Shown piece by piece: positions 49,301 through 57,890 of a stretch of DNA of 64,000 nt (its first letter is position 1; each line of letters begins with the position of its first letter). The DNA is taken from assembly GCA_021821285.1 (NCBI GenBank), contig JAKACQ010000011.1, forward strand, positions 9,333 through 73,332, read 5' to 3'. The DNA comes from Pseudomonadota bacterium. GTDB lineage: Bacteria; Pseudomonadota; Gammaproteobacteria; Acidithiobacillales; Acidithiobacillaceae. The notes under the pieces are model-generated. The model was not told the DNA's origin. It made no database searches and saw only the letters and a list, made by a program, of their open reading frames with translations. Both the position numbers and the translations under genes were made by a program.

Positions 49301-49891
49301 GACTTTACCGGGGCAGGAAAAGAGCTGGAGAACCTCACTGAGGGCGGGTTCGCCCAGCGGGTAGATTTCCTGCCGCCAGAAGTCGCGCACGGCGTCGTCG
49401 CGCAGATCGGTCTCATCCAGGAGCAGGGCTTCACGGAGGTCGCTGCCCGTGGCGAAGGCATGCTCGCGCAGGGTGCGCTGGCACCAGGCGTCGATGGTGA
49501 AAATGGCGCTGTCGTCCATGGCGTCGGCGGCGAGGGCGAGCTGGTGCGCGGCCTGGGCGCGGACCCTGGGATCGGCGTAATCGACCAGCAGTGCCTCGAG
49601 AAGGGCATCCGGCGCCATGGGATTGCCGGTGTGCCGGAAATACTGGGCGGCGGTTTGTAGACGGTCGCGAATGCGCTCCTTGAGTTCCTGGGTGGCGGCG
49701 CGGGTGAAGGTCATCACCAGAATGTCTTCGGGCAGAAGGGCGCGGGTGAAGCGCTCGCCCTCCGCGCCGTGCCCGAGGACCAGGCGCAGATAGAGGGCGG
49801 CGATGGTCCAGGTCTTGCCGGTGCCGGCGCTGGCCTCGATGAGGCGGCTGCCATGCAGGGGCAGATGCAAGGGATCGAGGATCGTGATCAT
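46301..49891 (-). CDS. recB: exodeoxyribonuclease V beta subunit
   Basis: EASAGTGKT, DEFQDT, GDPKQSIY.FRGAD, LLYVALTRA, nuclease DLVF...DYKSN; ATGA overlap with recC. Confidence 0.97.
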   Translation of the reverse strand: MITILDPLHLPLHGSRLIEASAGTGKTWTIAALYLRLVLGHGAEGERFTRALLPEDILVMTFTRAATQELKERIRDRLQTAAQYFRHTGNPMAPDALLEALLVDYADPRVRAQAAHQLALAADAMDDSAIFTIDAWCQRTLREHAFATGSDLREALLLDETDLRDDAVRDFWRQEIYPLGEPALSEVLQLFSCPGKVRQETEALCKLDPPLPTPESTLADWLPDALAAPRRRLAALKARWAAEHDAFAEWLLGLVNGPKANNPLNGNSLSAAMVTRTLAALRDWADHPDILIPGEPDTCQRLSASKLPGYCKNKPPLVVHPAAEVLDTLFSALETIAQQFTQLHGEIRTHAAAWINARLSQLKAQRRQVGFTDHQRRLAGVLHDDTRGPAFAARLRQRYPVALIDEFQDTSALQYQIFDDIYHAADNDPDTLLLLIGDPKQSIYAFRGADIDSYLQARRLTEGRHYALGTNYRSSHALVSTLNTLYSAVEQNSSQGAFAYAAPGTGNPLPYQPVQAHGQKKCWQTGGSPAPALTFWVSAEPLSKGDYLERCAEQAAERIATLLTDPTAVFAEAGREPRPIQPRNIAILVRDRFEAASIRQALERRQLHSVFLSERDSVYASEEARDLLLWLEAVAEPEDTRRLRVALALPLLGQSLSALDAFNQDEAAWEAQLEQFQDLSRQWRRQGVLAMLHHSIHQFGIAARLLTRVEGERRLTNLLHLGELLQQASATLDGPEALIHHLREAIAAGSDQSDAHILRLESDAELLRVVTIHAAKGLQYPLVFLPFIATCKPARASPFTVTRHAEGQPAIHWESGDTAAAERARLQEDLRLLYVALTRAEHALWLGLATPKTAGTPIFTGSAIAHLLGSQCPPVRDLATLLDDCARRSPEITVETLPDHLPTTRVARHPDGTRNPPAEYTARFEKHWGVASFSHLVRDLPADSAAPRRARTGAPWHRYPQGMNAGTFLHAQLQRLALSGFGQAGQDHFAESLHKACTQAGLSDWTEETAEWLQAILHNPLAPLAATLCDLRDPRSEMAFWFPSDALRSEALDRLCQQHIFPGIGRPRLPQRIIHGMMRGSMDLVFEQDGRYYILDYKSNTLGSGDADYHAEALRNATLGHRYELQSSLYQLALHRLLRQRMGSGYRPGTHLGGTLFYFLRGLRGPERGMLHLPADLALLDALDGLFGLPQRATQP

Positions 49892-52800
49892 GGGTGCGTC
49901 TGCCACACCAGCGTTTCCAGCCAGTCCGCGAAGGGGCGGTAAAGGGCTTCGGCATATTCCGCGAAGCCGCGTTGTCCCGGTCCGATTCGGGCGCCGCTGA
50001 GCGTGGCGAAATCGGGATAGTCGCGCAACAGGCTGAGATCCTGTTGCACTTCGCCGATCAGGTGCTCATTGCCGTCGTAAATCAGGGCCGGGTTTTTCCC
50101 CCGCAGGCGGGCAAGCGCGGTTTTGAGTGTGACGGGCAGGGGTTGGCAGAGACCCTCCTGCCAGAAGCCCAGCAGGTCATCCAGCAGTGTGGTGCCATCA
50201 CCCTCCAGGGGCGTGGCGCGGATGACCCCGTCCCGGCCGACGAGAACGCCACCGCAGGGCAGGCCGATGACGGCGGCGAGCCTCTGCTGAAGCCAGAGGG
50301 CCGCCAGCTTGCCCCCGTCGGGGGTCTTGCCGTCCTTGTCCAGCAGGCGGCCGGCATGGAGCTGGACGAAGGCGAGATCTCCCGACCGGTTTTGGCACAA
50401 GGTCGGCAACCAGTCCGCCAGACACATTTGCCCGCGGGTGTGGGTGATGACTCGTCGTTGTGGTGTTGCGATCCATTCCGCGCCGATCTCCCGCCAGGCG
50501 GTGAGGATGGGGGTGGCCTCGTCCAACAGCGTGGTTGCGGTTCTCGCCGCCAGACCAGCGAGGGGATACCGGCCGCTGCGTTGCTGCGCCCGCACCCTTT
50601 CGGCAAGGCACGCAGGGCCGTTTTTTTGCGCGGCCTTGAGCAAGTCGTCAAGCAGGTGGTAGGTTTCGAGGCCATCCAGGGTGAAGGGTTCGTCATCTTC
50701 CGCCGCTGGATCCACCGCGCTGAAAACGGTACGCAGGCGTTGCCGGTAAAAGGCGCGCGCCGGCCAGCGGAAAAACTCCAGCAGTGTGTCGAGGCGCCGC
50801 GGGGTGACCTCCGCCGGGACAGGGAGTCCGGCATCTTCCACGATCGTCCGTGGTGCTGGGTACCATTCGCGGGACCAGGTGCGCAGCCCTTGTTTGTTTT
50901 GCAGATAGTCCGGACTGAAGGGTTGGAGCGGATGGACGAAGGTGCGTTTTTCCAGCACGCTTTTTTCGTGACGTTCCCGTGCTTCTTCGGACAGCGGCCA
51001 GCCGTCGCGAATGGTGTCCCGCAACTGGGCCACCAGCAGGGAGGGCGCCAACTCCTGGTTGTTGCGCTGATCCCGCCCCGTCCAACTGAGGTACAGTTCC
51101 TGCCGGGCGGCGAGCAACGCCTCCAGCATCAGATAACGATCGTCGTCGCGACGGGAGCGGTCACCGGGGCGGGCCATGCCGGGCAGGGCCATGAGATCGA
51201 AATCCGGACGCGGGCTGCGTCGGGGATAATCCCCCTCGTTCATGCCGAGCAGGCAGACCAGCGGATAGGGTACGGCGCGCATGGGCAGAAGGGTGCAGAA
51301 GGTGACGCCGCCGCCGAGAAAGCTACGCCCCAAATCCGGTGCGTCCAGCATCTCCAGCCAAGCGCCGCGAAACACGGCGAGGGGGATCGCTGCGCGGAAA
51401 TTCGCCGCGTCGCAGTCCGCCTGCCATTGGCGCAAGGCTTCTTCCAGATGATGCAGCAGGACTTCGTCGTCGGCATCGCTGGCGCTGAAAAAGTCGGTGA
51501 GCAGGATGCGGGCGGTCTCGCCCCAGCGGTCCGGCGTCAGCGGCTCGACCAAGTTGTGCTGCCAGTGCTCCAGCTTTTCCAATAGTTGACTGAGGGGTCC
51601 GAGGAGCGCGGCATCCAGCCCGCCCGCCGCACCGTAGGCTTCGATCTCCGCGAAATGACTGTCGTCGCCGTTGGCGTAGCCGAGACAGAGGCGCTGCAGG
51701 GCAAAATCGCCGCTATTCTGGGGTCCGCAATGGGGCAGACCCAGCGCGGCGCGCTGTTCCGCCGAAAGGCCCCAGCGCCAACCCGCGCCGGCCAGCCAGT
51801 GCTGGATGATGGGCAGGTCTTCCAACGTCCATCCGAAGTGTCGACGCAGGGCGGGGCAGTTGAGGAGATCGCGGATTTCGCTCTGTCGACAGCGCTGCTC
51901 CGGCAAACGCAACAACCAGTCCAGAGCCTGGAGTACGGGCTGCTCGTCGCGGGCCCGCAAGTCGACGATGTGGTAAGGGATATAACGCGCATCGTCCCGC
52001 GCGTATTGATCGAAAGTGGCGCGAATCAAGGGGGCGAAGCTGCCGATCTCCGGTACCATGACGATGGTGTCGCGAGGTTGCAGTGTGCCGGTGGCGAAAC
52101 GATCCAGCAATTGATCGTGGAGAATCTGCACCTCGCGCAACGCACTGTGGGCGATGTGAAAGACCACGGATGTGTCCCCGTCCTCTACCGGCGTGCAGGT
52201 CTGCGGACTGACGCCTTCGAGATCACGGATGCGGACCTGCAACTGACGCAGGAGAGTGTCGCCCCGATCCTCGCTGAAAAGATCGATACGTGGAAGGCTG
52301 CTCTGCTGCCGCAGCGTCATCGTTTCGTCGCACTGGTCCAACAGATTGAGAAAGTCACGACCCTGACGGCCCCAGGCGGCGAGGAGCGGATTGCCAAACT
52401 GATGCAAGTCTTCCGGCGCGGTGTTTGAGAGATCGCGACCGTGGCGCAGAGACTGGCGGCGGCGTTCGCGACGCAGCAGTTCGCGCCCGGAAACGATGTC
52501 GGCCCAGTGATAGCGGCAAGGGTTGGGTACCGCCAGAATCACCTGCATCCGCCGTCCCAGCGCGGCCAGCGCCGTCAGGCTCTGTTCCGGCAGAGTGGCC
52601 GCCCCGAAGAGCGTAACGCGGCGGGGCAACGGTGCCGCAGGAGGCTGCCCGGCGTTCAGGGCGGCGAGGAACCGGTCATGCACCTGCGCCCGGCCCAGGG
52701 CCCGGTCCGGTCCGTTCTGTTGCAGGTCGCGCCGTAATGCCTGCCAGAGCCGGGGCTGCCAGCTTTGACCGGCGGGCAGGGCCATGCGCTCGCCGTCACC

Positions 52801-53313
52801 GCGCCGCAGCAGGGACTGGTCGGCGGCCCAGTCCGTGAGCCAGTCGCCACGATAAACCTGATACTGATCGAAGAGATCGGCGATCTGTGCGGCCATTTGC
52901 CAAAGCCGCTCCGACGCGCCATCCGGCTGCGCCGCCCGGTCCAGAAAATGTCGTAGAGGAGCGAAATCGGTCTGGGGCAGCAGTTCCGGCAAGAGGCGCA
53001 TCAGGCGCCAGGTGAGGGGTGCCTTGTCCAGCGGCGAGCGGGTGGAGAGGATGCCTTGACCCAACACCCGTCCATAGCTGTCCCAGAGAAAGCGCCCTGG
53101 CAGGGTGACGCGCACCGCCGCGCAGATGCCTTCATGGGCCGCCAGGGTCCACTGCAGCCACTCGGCGATGCCGTTGCTCTGGACGAGAAAGATTTCCTCT
53201 TCCAACGCTTGCAGCGGGTGTTCGCGCAACCACTCCAGAACGGCATCGCTGAGCCATTCCAGGCGGTCGCCATGGAGGACGATGAAGCCCGGTTCGATGT
53301 CCTGACGGCTCAT
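49888..53313 (-). CDS. recC: exodeoxyribonuclease V gamma subunit
   Basis: LVQSNGIAEWL, DLFDQYQVYR, NPCR..W.DI, TL.PMR, DRYL.LEA; ATG 53313. Confidence 0.96.
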   Translation of the reverse strand: MSRQDIEPGFIVLHGDRLEWLSDAVLEWLREHPLQALEEEIFLVQSNGIAEWLQWTLAAHEGICAAVRVTLPGRFLWDSYGRVLGQGILSTRSPLDKAPLTWRLMRLLPELLPQTDFAPLRHFLDRAAQPDGASERLWQMAAQIADLFDQYQVYRGDWLTDWAADQSLLRRGDGERMALPAGQSWQPRLWQALRRDLQQNGPDRALGRAQVHDRFLAALNAGQPPAAPLPRRVTLFGAATLPEQSLTALAALGRRMQVILAVPNPCRYHWADIVSGRELLRRERRRQSLRHGRDLSNTAPEDLHQFGNPLLAAWGRQGRDFLNLLDQCDETMTLRQQSSLPRIDLFSEDRGDTLLRQLQVRIRDLEGVSPQTCTPVEDGDTSVVFHIAHSALREVQILHDQLLDRFATGTLQPRDTIVMVPEIGSFAPLIRATFDQYARDDARYIPYHIVDLRARDEQPVLQALDWLLRLPEQRCRQSEIRDLLNCPALRRHFGWTLEDLPIIQHWLAGAGWRWGLSAEQRAALGLPHCGPQNSGDFALQRLCLGYANGDDSHFAEIEAYGAAGGLDAALLGPLSQLLEKLEHWQHNLVEPLTPDRWGETARILLTDFFSASDADDEVLLHHLEEALRQWQADCDAANFRAAIPLAVFRGAWLEMLDAPDLGRSFLGGGVTFCTLLPMRAVPYPLVCLLGMNEGDYPRRSPRPDFDLMALPGMARPGDRSRRDDDRYLMLEALLAARQELYLSWTGRDQRNNQELAPSLLVAQLRDTIRDGWPLSEEARERHEKSVLEKRTFVHPLQPFSPDYLQNKQGLRTWSREWYPAPRTIVEDAGLPVPAEVTPRRLDTLLEFFRWPARAFYRQRLRTVFSAVDPAAEDDEPFTLDGLETYHLLDDLLKAAQKNGPACLAERVRAQQRSGRYPLAGLAARTATTLLDEATPILTAWREIGAEWIATPQRRVITHTRGQMCLADWLPTLCQNRSGDLAFVQLHAGRLLDKDGKTPDGGKLAALWLQQRLAAVIGLPCGGVLVGRDGVIRATPLEGDGTTLLDDLLGFWQEGLCQPLPVTLKTALARLRGKNPALIYDGNEHLIGEVQQDLSLLRDYPDFATLSGARIGPGQRGFAEYAEALYRPFADWLETLVWQTHP

Positions 53314-54104
53314 ACGGGGGCGGGCAAGGTGCCGAGGATGGCTCCGGCGGATCGCATGCGTTGCAGAAAAGCGCGTATGCTTGCCTCCAGATTGCGCAGA
53401 TCCGCCCCTTTCTCCAAGAACCCGCTTTCCCGCCACTGGGCGAAAAGGGCGGCGCCGGGCATGGGGTTCTCGCGCAGCGTGGCGAAAAGGCGGAGGCCAA
53501 GGCCATCCAGCACGATCATCTGCACGACGTCTTTCGCATCACGATAGAGAAAAAGCGGGCTGAATTCCGCTGTGAGCGCTGGTGCCGCCGTGAAGGCGGG
53601 TTCGAGAATCAGCCGTTGCACCGGGTAACGATATTGCAGTAGGGCATGTACCGGATTCAACACGGCGGGAGCGGTCCAAGGATCGCCGTCGGGCGTCATA
53701 TGGTCAGGCGGTGGGTCCGCCTCCGCCACGGTCAGTGCGAGCTCCAACCACTCCAGGTGGGCGAGCTCGAGGGCGTAGGGCTGTGTCGCCGTCAAGTCTT
53801 CCTGACGGGCGCTGAGATAGGCGAGGAATTCATCCGGTATCTGCCGGAAAAAAGGGCTGCGGCAGGCGTGTTCGGCGATAAAGGCGTCTCGCCATTTCCG
53901 CCATTGCGCCTCGCCCATCGCCCGTATCCAGTGAGGGAAGCAGGCCTGCAAGGGGGTTGTGAAGTTGGCGACGAGCAGTTCGCGGTAGAGTCCCGCCGCC
54001 TGGGGATCGAAGCCGGGGGGGCAGGCATGGTCCGCGGGTCCGCGCAGGTGTGCGGCGAGGGCCGTGATCAACCCCGGATCGCTTTTGGATTCAGTGGGTG
54101 CCAC
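53310..54104 (-). CDS. DUF2063 / HvfC-like RiPP partner protein
   Basis: AHLR.P, YREL..N, FP, F...H.C.SP.F..I..EF..YL, ELAH.EW.EL; follows DUF692. Confidence 0.8.
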   Translation of the reverse strand: MAPTESKSDPGLITALAAHLRGPADHACPPGFDPQAAGLYRELLVANFTTPLQACFPHWIRAMGEAQWRKWRDAFIAEHACRSPFFRQIPDEFLAYLSARQEDLTATQPYALELAHLEWLELALTVAEADPPPDHMTPDGDPWTAPAVLNPVHALLQYRYPVQRLILEPAFTAAPALTAEFSPLFLYRDAKDVVQMIVLDGLGLRLFATLRENPMPGAALFAQWRESGFLEKGADLRNLEASIRAFLQRMRSAGAILGTLPAPV

Positions 54105-54951
54105 GGGCCGGCCGCGATTGGCGTGCGCCCCGGAGCTCGCCGAGAAGTTGCGGCAGGGGCGGAATTTGATTGTCCCATTCCAGCAGGGTGGGCAAGGCGC
54201 CGAAGAGATCCGCGCTGAGGCGTAGCAATTCCCAGACCGGTGTGTCCACCGCCGCATCGTGGGTGTCGATGAGCCAGCCCTGTGGGTGTCGGGCATAGCC
54301 GGCGATGTGCTGATAGGCGATGCGTCCGGCGGGCAGGGCGCGCAGAAAACCCGTGGCGTCGTAGTGGTGATTGACGCTGTTGACGTGGAGGTTGTTGAGA
54401 TCGAGGAGGAGCAGGCAATCCGCCTCTTCCAGCACCGCCAGCAGAAACTCCTGTTCCGTCAAGGTATTATGGTGGAATCCGCCATAGTACGCCGTGTTTT
54501 CGACGATCAGTGGCTTTTGCAGGAAATCCTGTACCCGGCGGATGCGCCGCGCCAGATGGAGCACCATCTCCTCCGTGAAGGGCAGCGGCAGCAGGTCGTA
54601 GAGTTGGCCGTGATCGGCGCAGTAGGCGAGATGTTCGCTGTAATGATGTATCCCATGGATGGCCATGAAATCCTGGATGGCCTTCAGGAGTTCCATATCC
54701 AGTGGCGCCGGTCCGCCGATGGAGAGAGACAACCCATGACAGATGAAAGGATGTTTTTCGGTCAGGACGCGGAGCCGCGCTGCCGGACGACCGCCGAAAC
54801 CGATCCAGTTTTCCGGTGCCAGCTCAAAGAAATCCACCCCGTGCCCCGGCGTATCGAGGATCTGCTGGAGAAACTCGCGGCGCAGGCCGAGGCCGAGGGC
54901 ACCCGGGCCTATCGGATGCCCCGCGGAGGGGACGGCATCGCGCTCAGGCAC
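54091..54951 (-). CDS. DUF692 multinuclear non-heme iron oxidase (MNIO)
   Basis: GLGLRR, ELAPENW, HGLSLS.GG, SEHL, DLLPLP, EN, LLLDLNN..VNS.NH, HIAG, IDTH, LLEWD; start taken at GTG 54951. Confidence 0.92.
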   Translation of the reverse strand: MPERDAVPSAGHPIGPGALGLGLRREFLQQILDTPGHGVDFFELAPENWIGFGGRPAARLRVLTEKHPFICHGLSLSIGGPAPLDMELLKAIQDFMAIHGIHHYSEHLAYCADHGQLYDLLPLPFTEEMVLHLARRIRRVQDFLQKPLIVENTAYYGGFHHNTLTEQEFLLAVLEEADCLLLLDLNNLHVNSVNHHYDATGFLRALPAGRIAYQHIAGYARHPQGWLIDTHDAAVDTPVWELLRLSADLFGALPTLLEWDNQIPPLPQLLGELRGARQSRPARGTH

Positions 54952-54985
54952 CCGTCCAGACCTGGAGAAATGAATCACGGCGGGG

Positions 54986-55540
54986 CTAATAGCGCCAGCC
55001 GGGCCAGTATCCCCAGCCCGGGCCAAACCACCACCCCGGGTAGTAACCGAACCCAAAACCGGATCCCATGAAGACTTGCTCGTCCACCCGCGGGCGCGGC
55101 GGTTCTATCGGCCAAAGATAAACGGTGCTCGCCGCCAGTTCGGGGTAGGCATAGTCGAATTGCCCCACTTGATGATGTACAACCCTCTCCACTCGCCCGA
55201 TAAAGGTAATCTCACGGCCCGCGCGATACAGCATCGGGTCATAAAAACCCGGAGCGCAGGCGATGAAACGGCCGATGTGGGCCTTTCCGCGTGCCGATCT
55301 GGGCCGACCATCGCTGGATAAGGGCTCACCCAGCACGGTAAAGCAGGTTTGCTGGGTCTCTGGGTGGGTATCGATGAGTGTGCCGCCCCAGCGCACTTCC
55401 TGGCCCTGATAATGGCCGGTTTGCGCGGCCATGGGGGAGATATCCGGAAATTTTCCACTCACTGGTGTCACCGTGGCGCAGCCCGACAGGCACGCCAGGG
55501 TCATCAGCGCTGCCACCATGTGCTGACCGGTTTTCGACAT
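54986..55540 (-). CDS. Slp family outer-membrane lipoprotein
   Basis: lipobox LSGC, VRWGG, GRFIA, GFYDP..Y..GR.IT..G, aromatic/Gly tail. Confidence 0.88.
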   Translation of the reverse strand: MSKTGQHMVAALMTLACLSGCATVTPVSGKFPDISPMAAQTGHYQGQEVRWGGTLIDTHPETQQTCFTVLGEPLSSDGRPRSARGKAHIGRFIACAPGFYDPMLYRAGREITFIGRVERVVHHQVGQFDYAYPELAASTVYLWPIEPPRPRVDEQVFMGSGFGFGYYPGWWFGPGWGYWPGWRY

Positions 55541-55765
55541 TGTTGAGATCCCCCTGAGAATGACCACGAATCCCCGCAAACGATGCGCAGGATGCCGCCT
55601 GGAGCGTGGTATCCGGACGGTCGTGGAATCAAAACCAATACGGTGCGTACCCTCGAATATCTGGTGGTCGTAACGTCCCAGCCGCGCGCTGGTCTCGTGC
55701 ATTTTCACCTTCCTGGCGACATGAAATCACTTAATGGCGCGGATGGCAAGGCATCGTTCTGGCCA

Positions 55766-57019
55766 TCAGATGTTTCCCCAATCCGGCTCGGCCAACTGGA
55801 ATGTGTTCTCCTGATACTGATAACGACGTTCCCAGGGGCGGGGAGTCAGTTCCTCCCGAGATTGCTTGACGGCCAGTATCTGATGCAGGGCGGACCAGTT
55901 ATGCCAGAAGGCATAGGCGCAGCCGGCCATGTAGATGGCCCAGATGCGGTAGCGCTTGTCCCCGATCATGGCGATGGCTTCCGCCTTGCGCGCCTCCAAT
56001 CGCTGCACCCAATGGATGAGGGTTTGGGCGTAGTGAGGGCGGAGGTTTTCCACATCCAGCACTTCCAGATCTTGCCCCGCCATCTCGCGCACTACCCGCC
56101 ACAGGTGGGGAATCTCGCCATCGGGGAAAACGTATTTGTCCATGAAGTCACTGCCGGAATGATGGCCTAGCTCGTCATCCTGCTGGCTGGCGGTGATGCC
56201 ATGGTTCATCACCCAGCCGCCCTCCTTGAGTACCCGGTGGATCACCTGGAAGTATTCGCCCAGCTTGGCGCGGCCGACGTGCTCGAACATGCCCACGGAA
56301 GACACCTTGTCGAAAAAATCGCGTTCCGGGATATCGCGGTAATCCTGCAGGCGAATCTCTATGCGATCCGTCAGTCCTTCCCGTTCCACACGCTCCCTGG
56401 CGTAAGCGAACTGTTCCTGACTGAGGGTGATGCCGACGCCTTGAATGGCATAGTGTTTCGCCGCCCAGACGAGTAAACCGCCCCAGCCGCAGCCGATGTC
56501 GAGGAGCTTTTCGTCGGGCTGCAGATGCAGTTTGCGGCAAATGTGATCCAGTTTTTGTGCTTGCGCGGTGTCGATATCCTCCGCACCGGTCTTGAAGTAG
56601 GCGCAGGAATAGACCATGTTGCGATCCAGCCAGAGTTGATAGAAGGCATTGGAGACATCATAGTGATAGTGAATGGCCTCGGCATCCCTGGACTTGCTGT
56701 GCAAGGCCCTGCGTAGAAAGCCGGTTTTTGGTTTTTTGGCGGGGAAGGCGCGATTCAACGCTTCCGCGACGGCCAGAATATCTTGGTAGCGGCCGTCGAG
56801 GCCGATGCTGCCCTCCACATACCCTTCGCCCAGCACATCGATCGCATTGCCCATGAGCAGGTTGGTGACGTGCCTGGCGGAATGCAGGCGCATGGTGACC
56901 AGCACCTGTTCGCTGAAGGCGTATTCGTGGCCATCCCAGAAGATGATGCGCAGCGGCAGCGGCTTCCCGCCCAGATTTTTCTTGACATGGTCCAAAAAGT
57001 TGGTGCGTAGATCCTTCAT
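55766..57019 (-). CDS. cfa: cyclopropane-fatty-acyl-phospholipid synthase family methyltransferase
   Basis: HYDVSN.FY, YSCAYF, LLDIGCGWGG, SVGMFEHVG, YVFP.G, HYA.TL..W. Confidence 0.88.
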   Translation of the reverse strand: MKDLRTNFLDHVKKNLGGKPLPLRIIFWDGHEYAFSEQVLVTMRLHSARHVTNLLMGNAIDVLGEGYVEGSIGLDGRYQDILAVAEALNRAFPAKKPKTGFLRRALHSKSRDAEAIHYHYDVSNAFYQLWLDRNMVYSCAYFKTGAEDIDTAQAQKLDHICRKLHLQPDEKLLDIGCGWGGLLVWAAKHYAIQGVGITLSQEQFAYARERVEREGLTDRIEIRLQDYRDIPERDFFDKVSSVGMFEHVGRAKLGEYFQVIHRVLKEGGWVMNHGITASQQDDELGHHSGSDFMDKYVFPDGEIPHLWRVVREMAGQDLEVLDVENLRPHYAQTLIHWVQRLEARKAEAIAMIGDKRYRIWAIYMAGCAYAFWHNWSALHQILAVKQSREELTPRPWERRYQYQENTFQLAEPDWGNI

Positions 57020-57169
57020 GTTGAGGCTCCTGTCCTGATCCAGTATGGATGGCGGGACCTTCGGCGATGGTCGGACCCGCCCTGGCTCAAGTATAGAACA
57101 GCGCGCGCCCTGCAAACTTCCCGGGAGTCCCCGGCAGTCGGGCCAGAGAGACAGAGGCGGGATGTGCAT

Positions 57170-57487
57170 TCATTCGCAGTCGCAATCGGCTTGCCAGCGC
57201 AGGATATGGCCTGGTGGCACCAACTCCCGCAGGCGCGGCATCACCGCATCCACGGTCTCCGGTGCGTCAAAAAATTCCAGTACCAGCGGCAGATGCACAT
57301 TGAGGCGCAGGACATCGTCGGCATGCACTAGCCCTTTGCTGCCAAAGCCCGCGATGCCGCGAAAGGCGGTAACGCCATGCACCTTGTACTGATCGTGGAG
57401 CATGCGGAAAATCTCCTCCATGAGATTGTGGCCGCCATGCTTGTCGCCTTCCTTAATATAAATACGTACTACGGATACGGTCGTCAT
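57170..57487 (-). CDS. DUF190 PII-like protein
   Basis: RIYI.E.D, G.T.FRGI.GFG, LP.V.EF.D; commonly adjacent to crcB. Confidence 0.88.
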   Translation of the reverse strand: MTTVSVVRIYIKEGDKHGGHNLMEEIFRMLHDQYKVHGVTAFRGIAGFGSKGLVHADDVLRLNVHLPLVLEFFDAPETVDAVMPRLRELVPPGHILRWQADCDCE

Positions 57488-57497
57488 GATGCACCTC

Positions 57498-57875
57498 TCA
57501 GATATTGCGGGAAACCCAGGCCCCGGCAAAAGCGGCGCCGACGCACAGAAACAGCGACATGAACATGTACAGCAGGCCCTTGATGGCCTCGCCATTTTCA
57601 AAAAGCACCAGGGTTTCGAGGGAGAATGTCGAAAAAGTGGTGTAGGCGCCCAATCCACCGGTGAGCATGCCCGTGCGCAATTCCGGACTCACAGAAATAC
57701 GTTCCAGGGTCTCGAAAAACAGAAAACCCATGATAAAACAGCCCAGGACATTGATGCTCAGGGTGGCCCAGGGAAATCCGCGGCCGAATACCGTCTGCAC
57801 CAGCAGGGTCTGTCCATAACGCGCCCAGGCGCCGAGCACGGCGAACAGGGCAATAAAGCCGAAAGTGGCGAACAT
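57498..57875 (-). CDS. crcB: fluoride channel Fluc/CrcB
   Basis: GA.ARY, FPW.TL..N..GCF, TG.LG.YTTFSTF..E. Confidence 0.95.
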   Translation of the reverse strand: MFATFGFIALFAVLGAWARYGQTLLVQTVFGRGFPWATLSINVLGCFIMGFLFFETLERISVSPELRTGMLTGGLGAYTTFSTFSLETLVLFENGEAIKGLLYMFMSLFLCVGAAFAGAWVSRNI

Positions 57876-57890
57876 CTTTACTCCTTCACG

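Noticed and set aside
54986-55070. Gly/aromatic tail of the Slp lipoprotein as MNIO precursor core
   Set aside because: Such tails are common in Slp proteins and the tail has no Cys; not supportable without experiments
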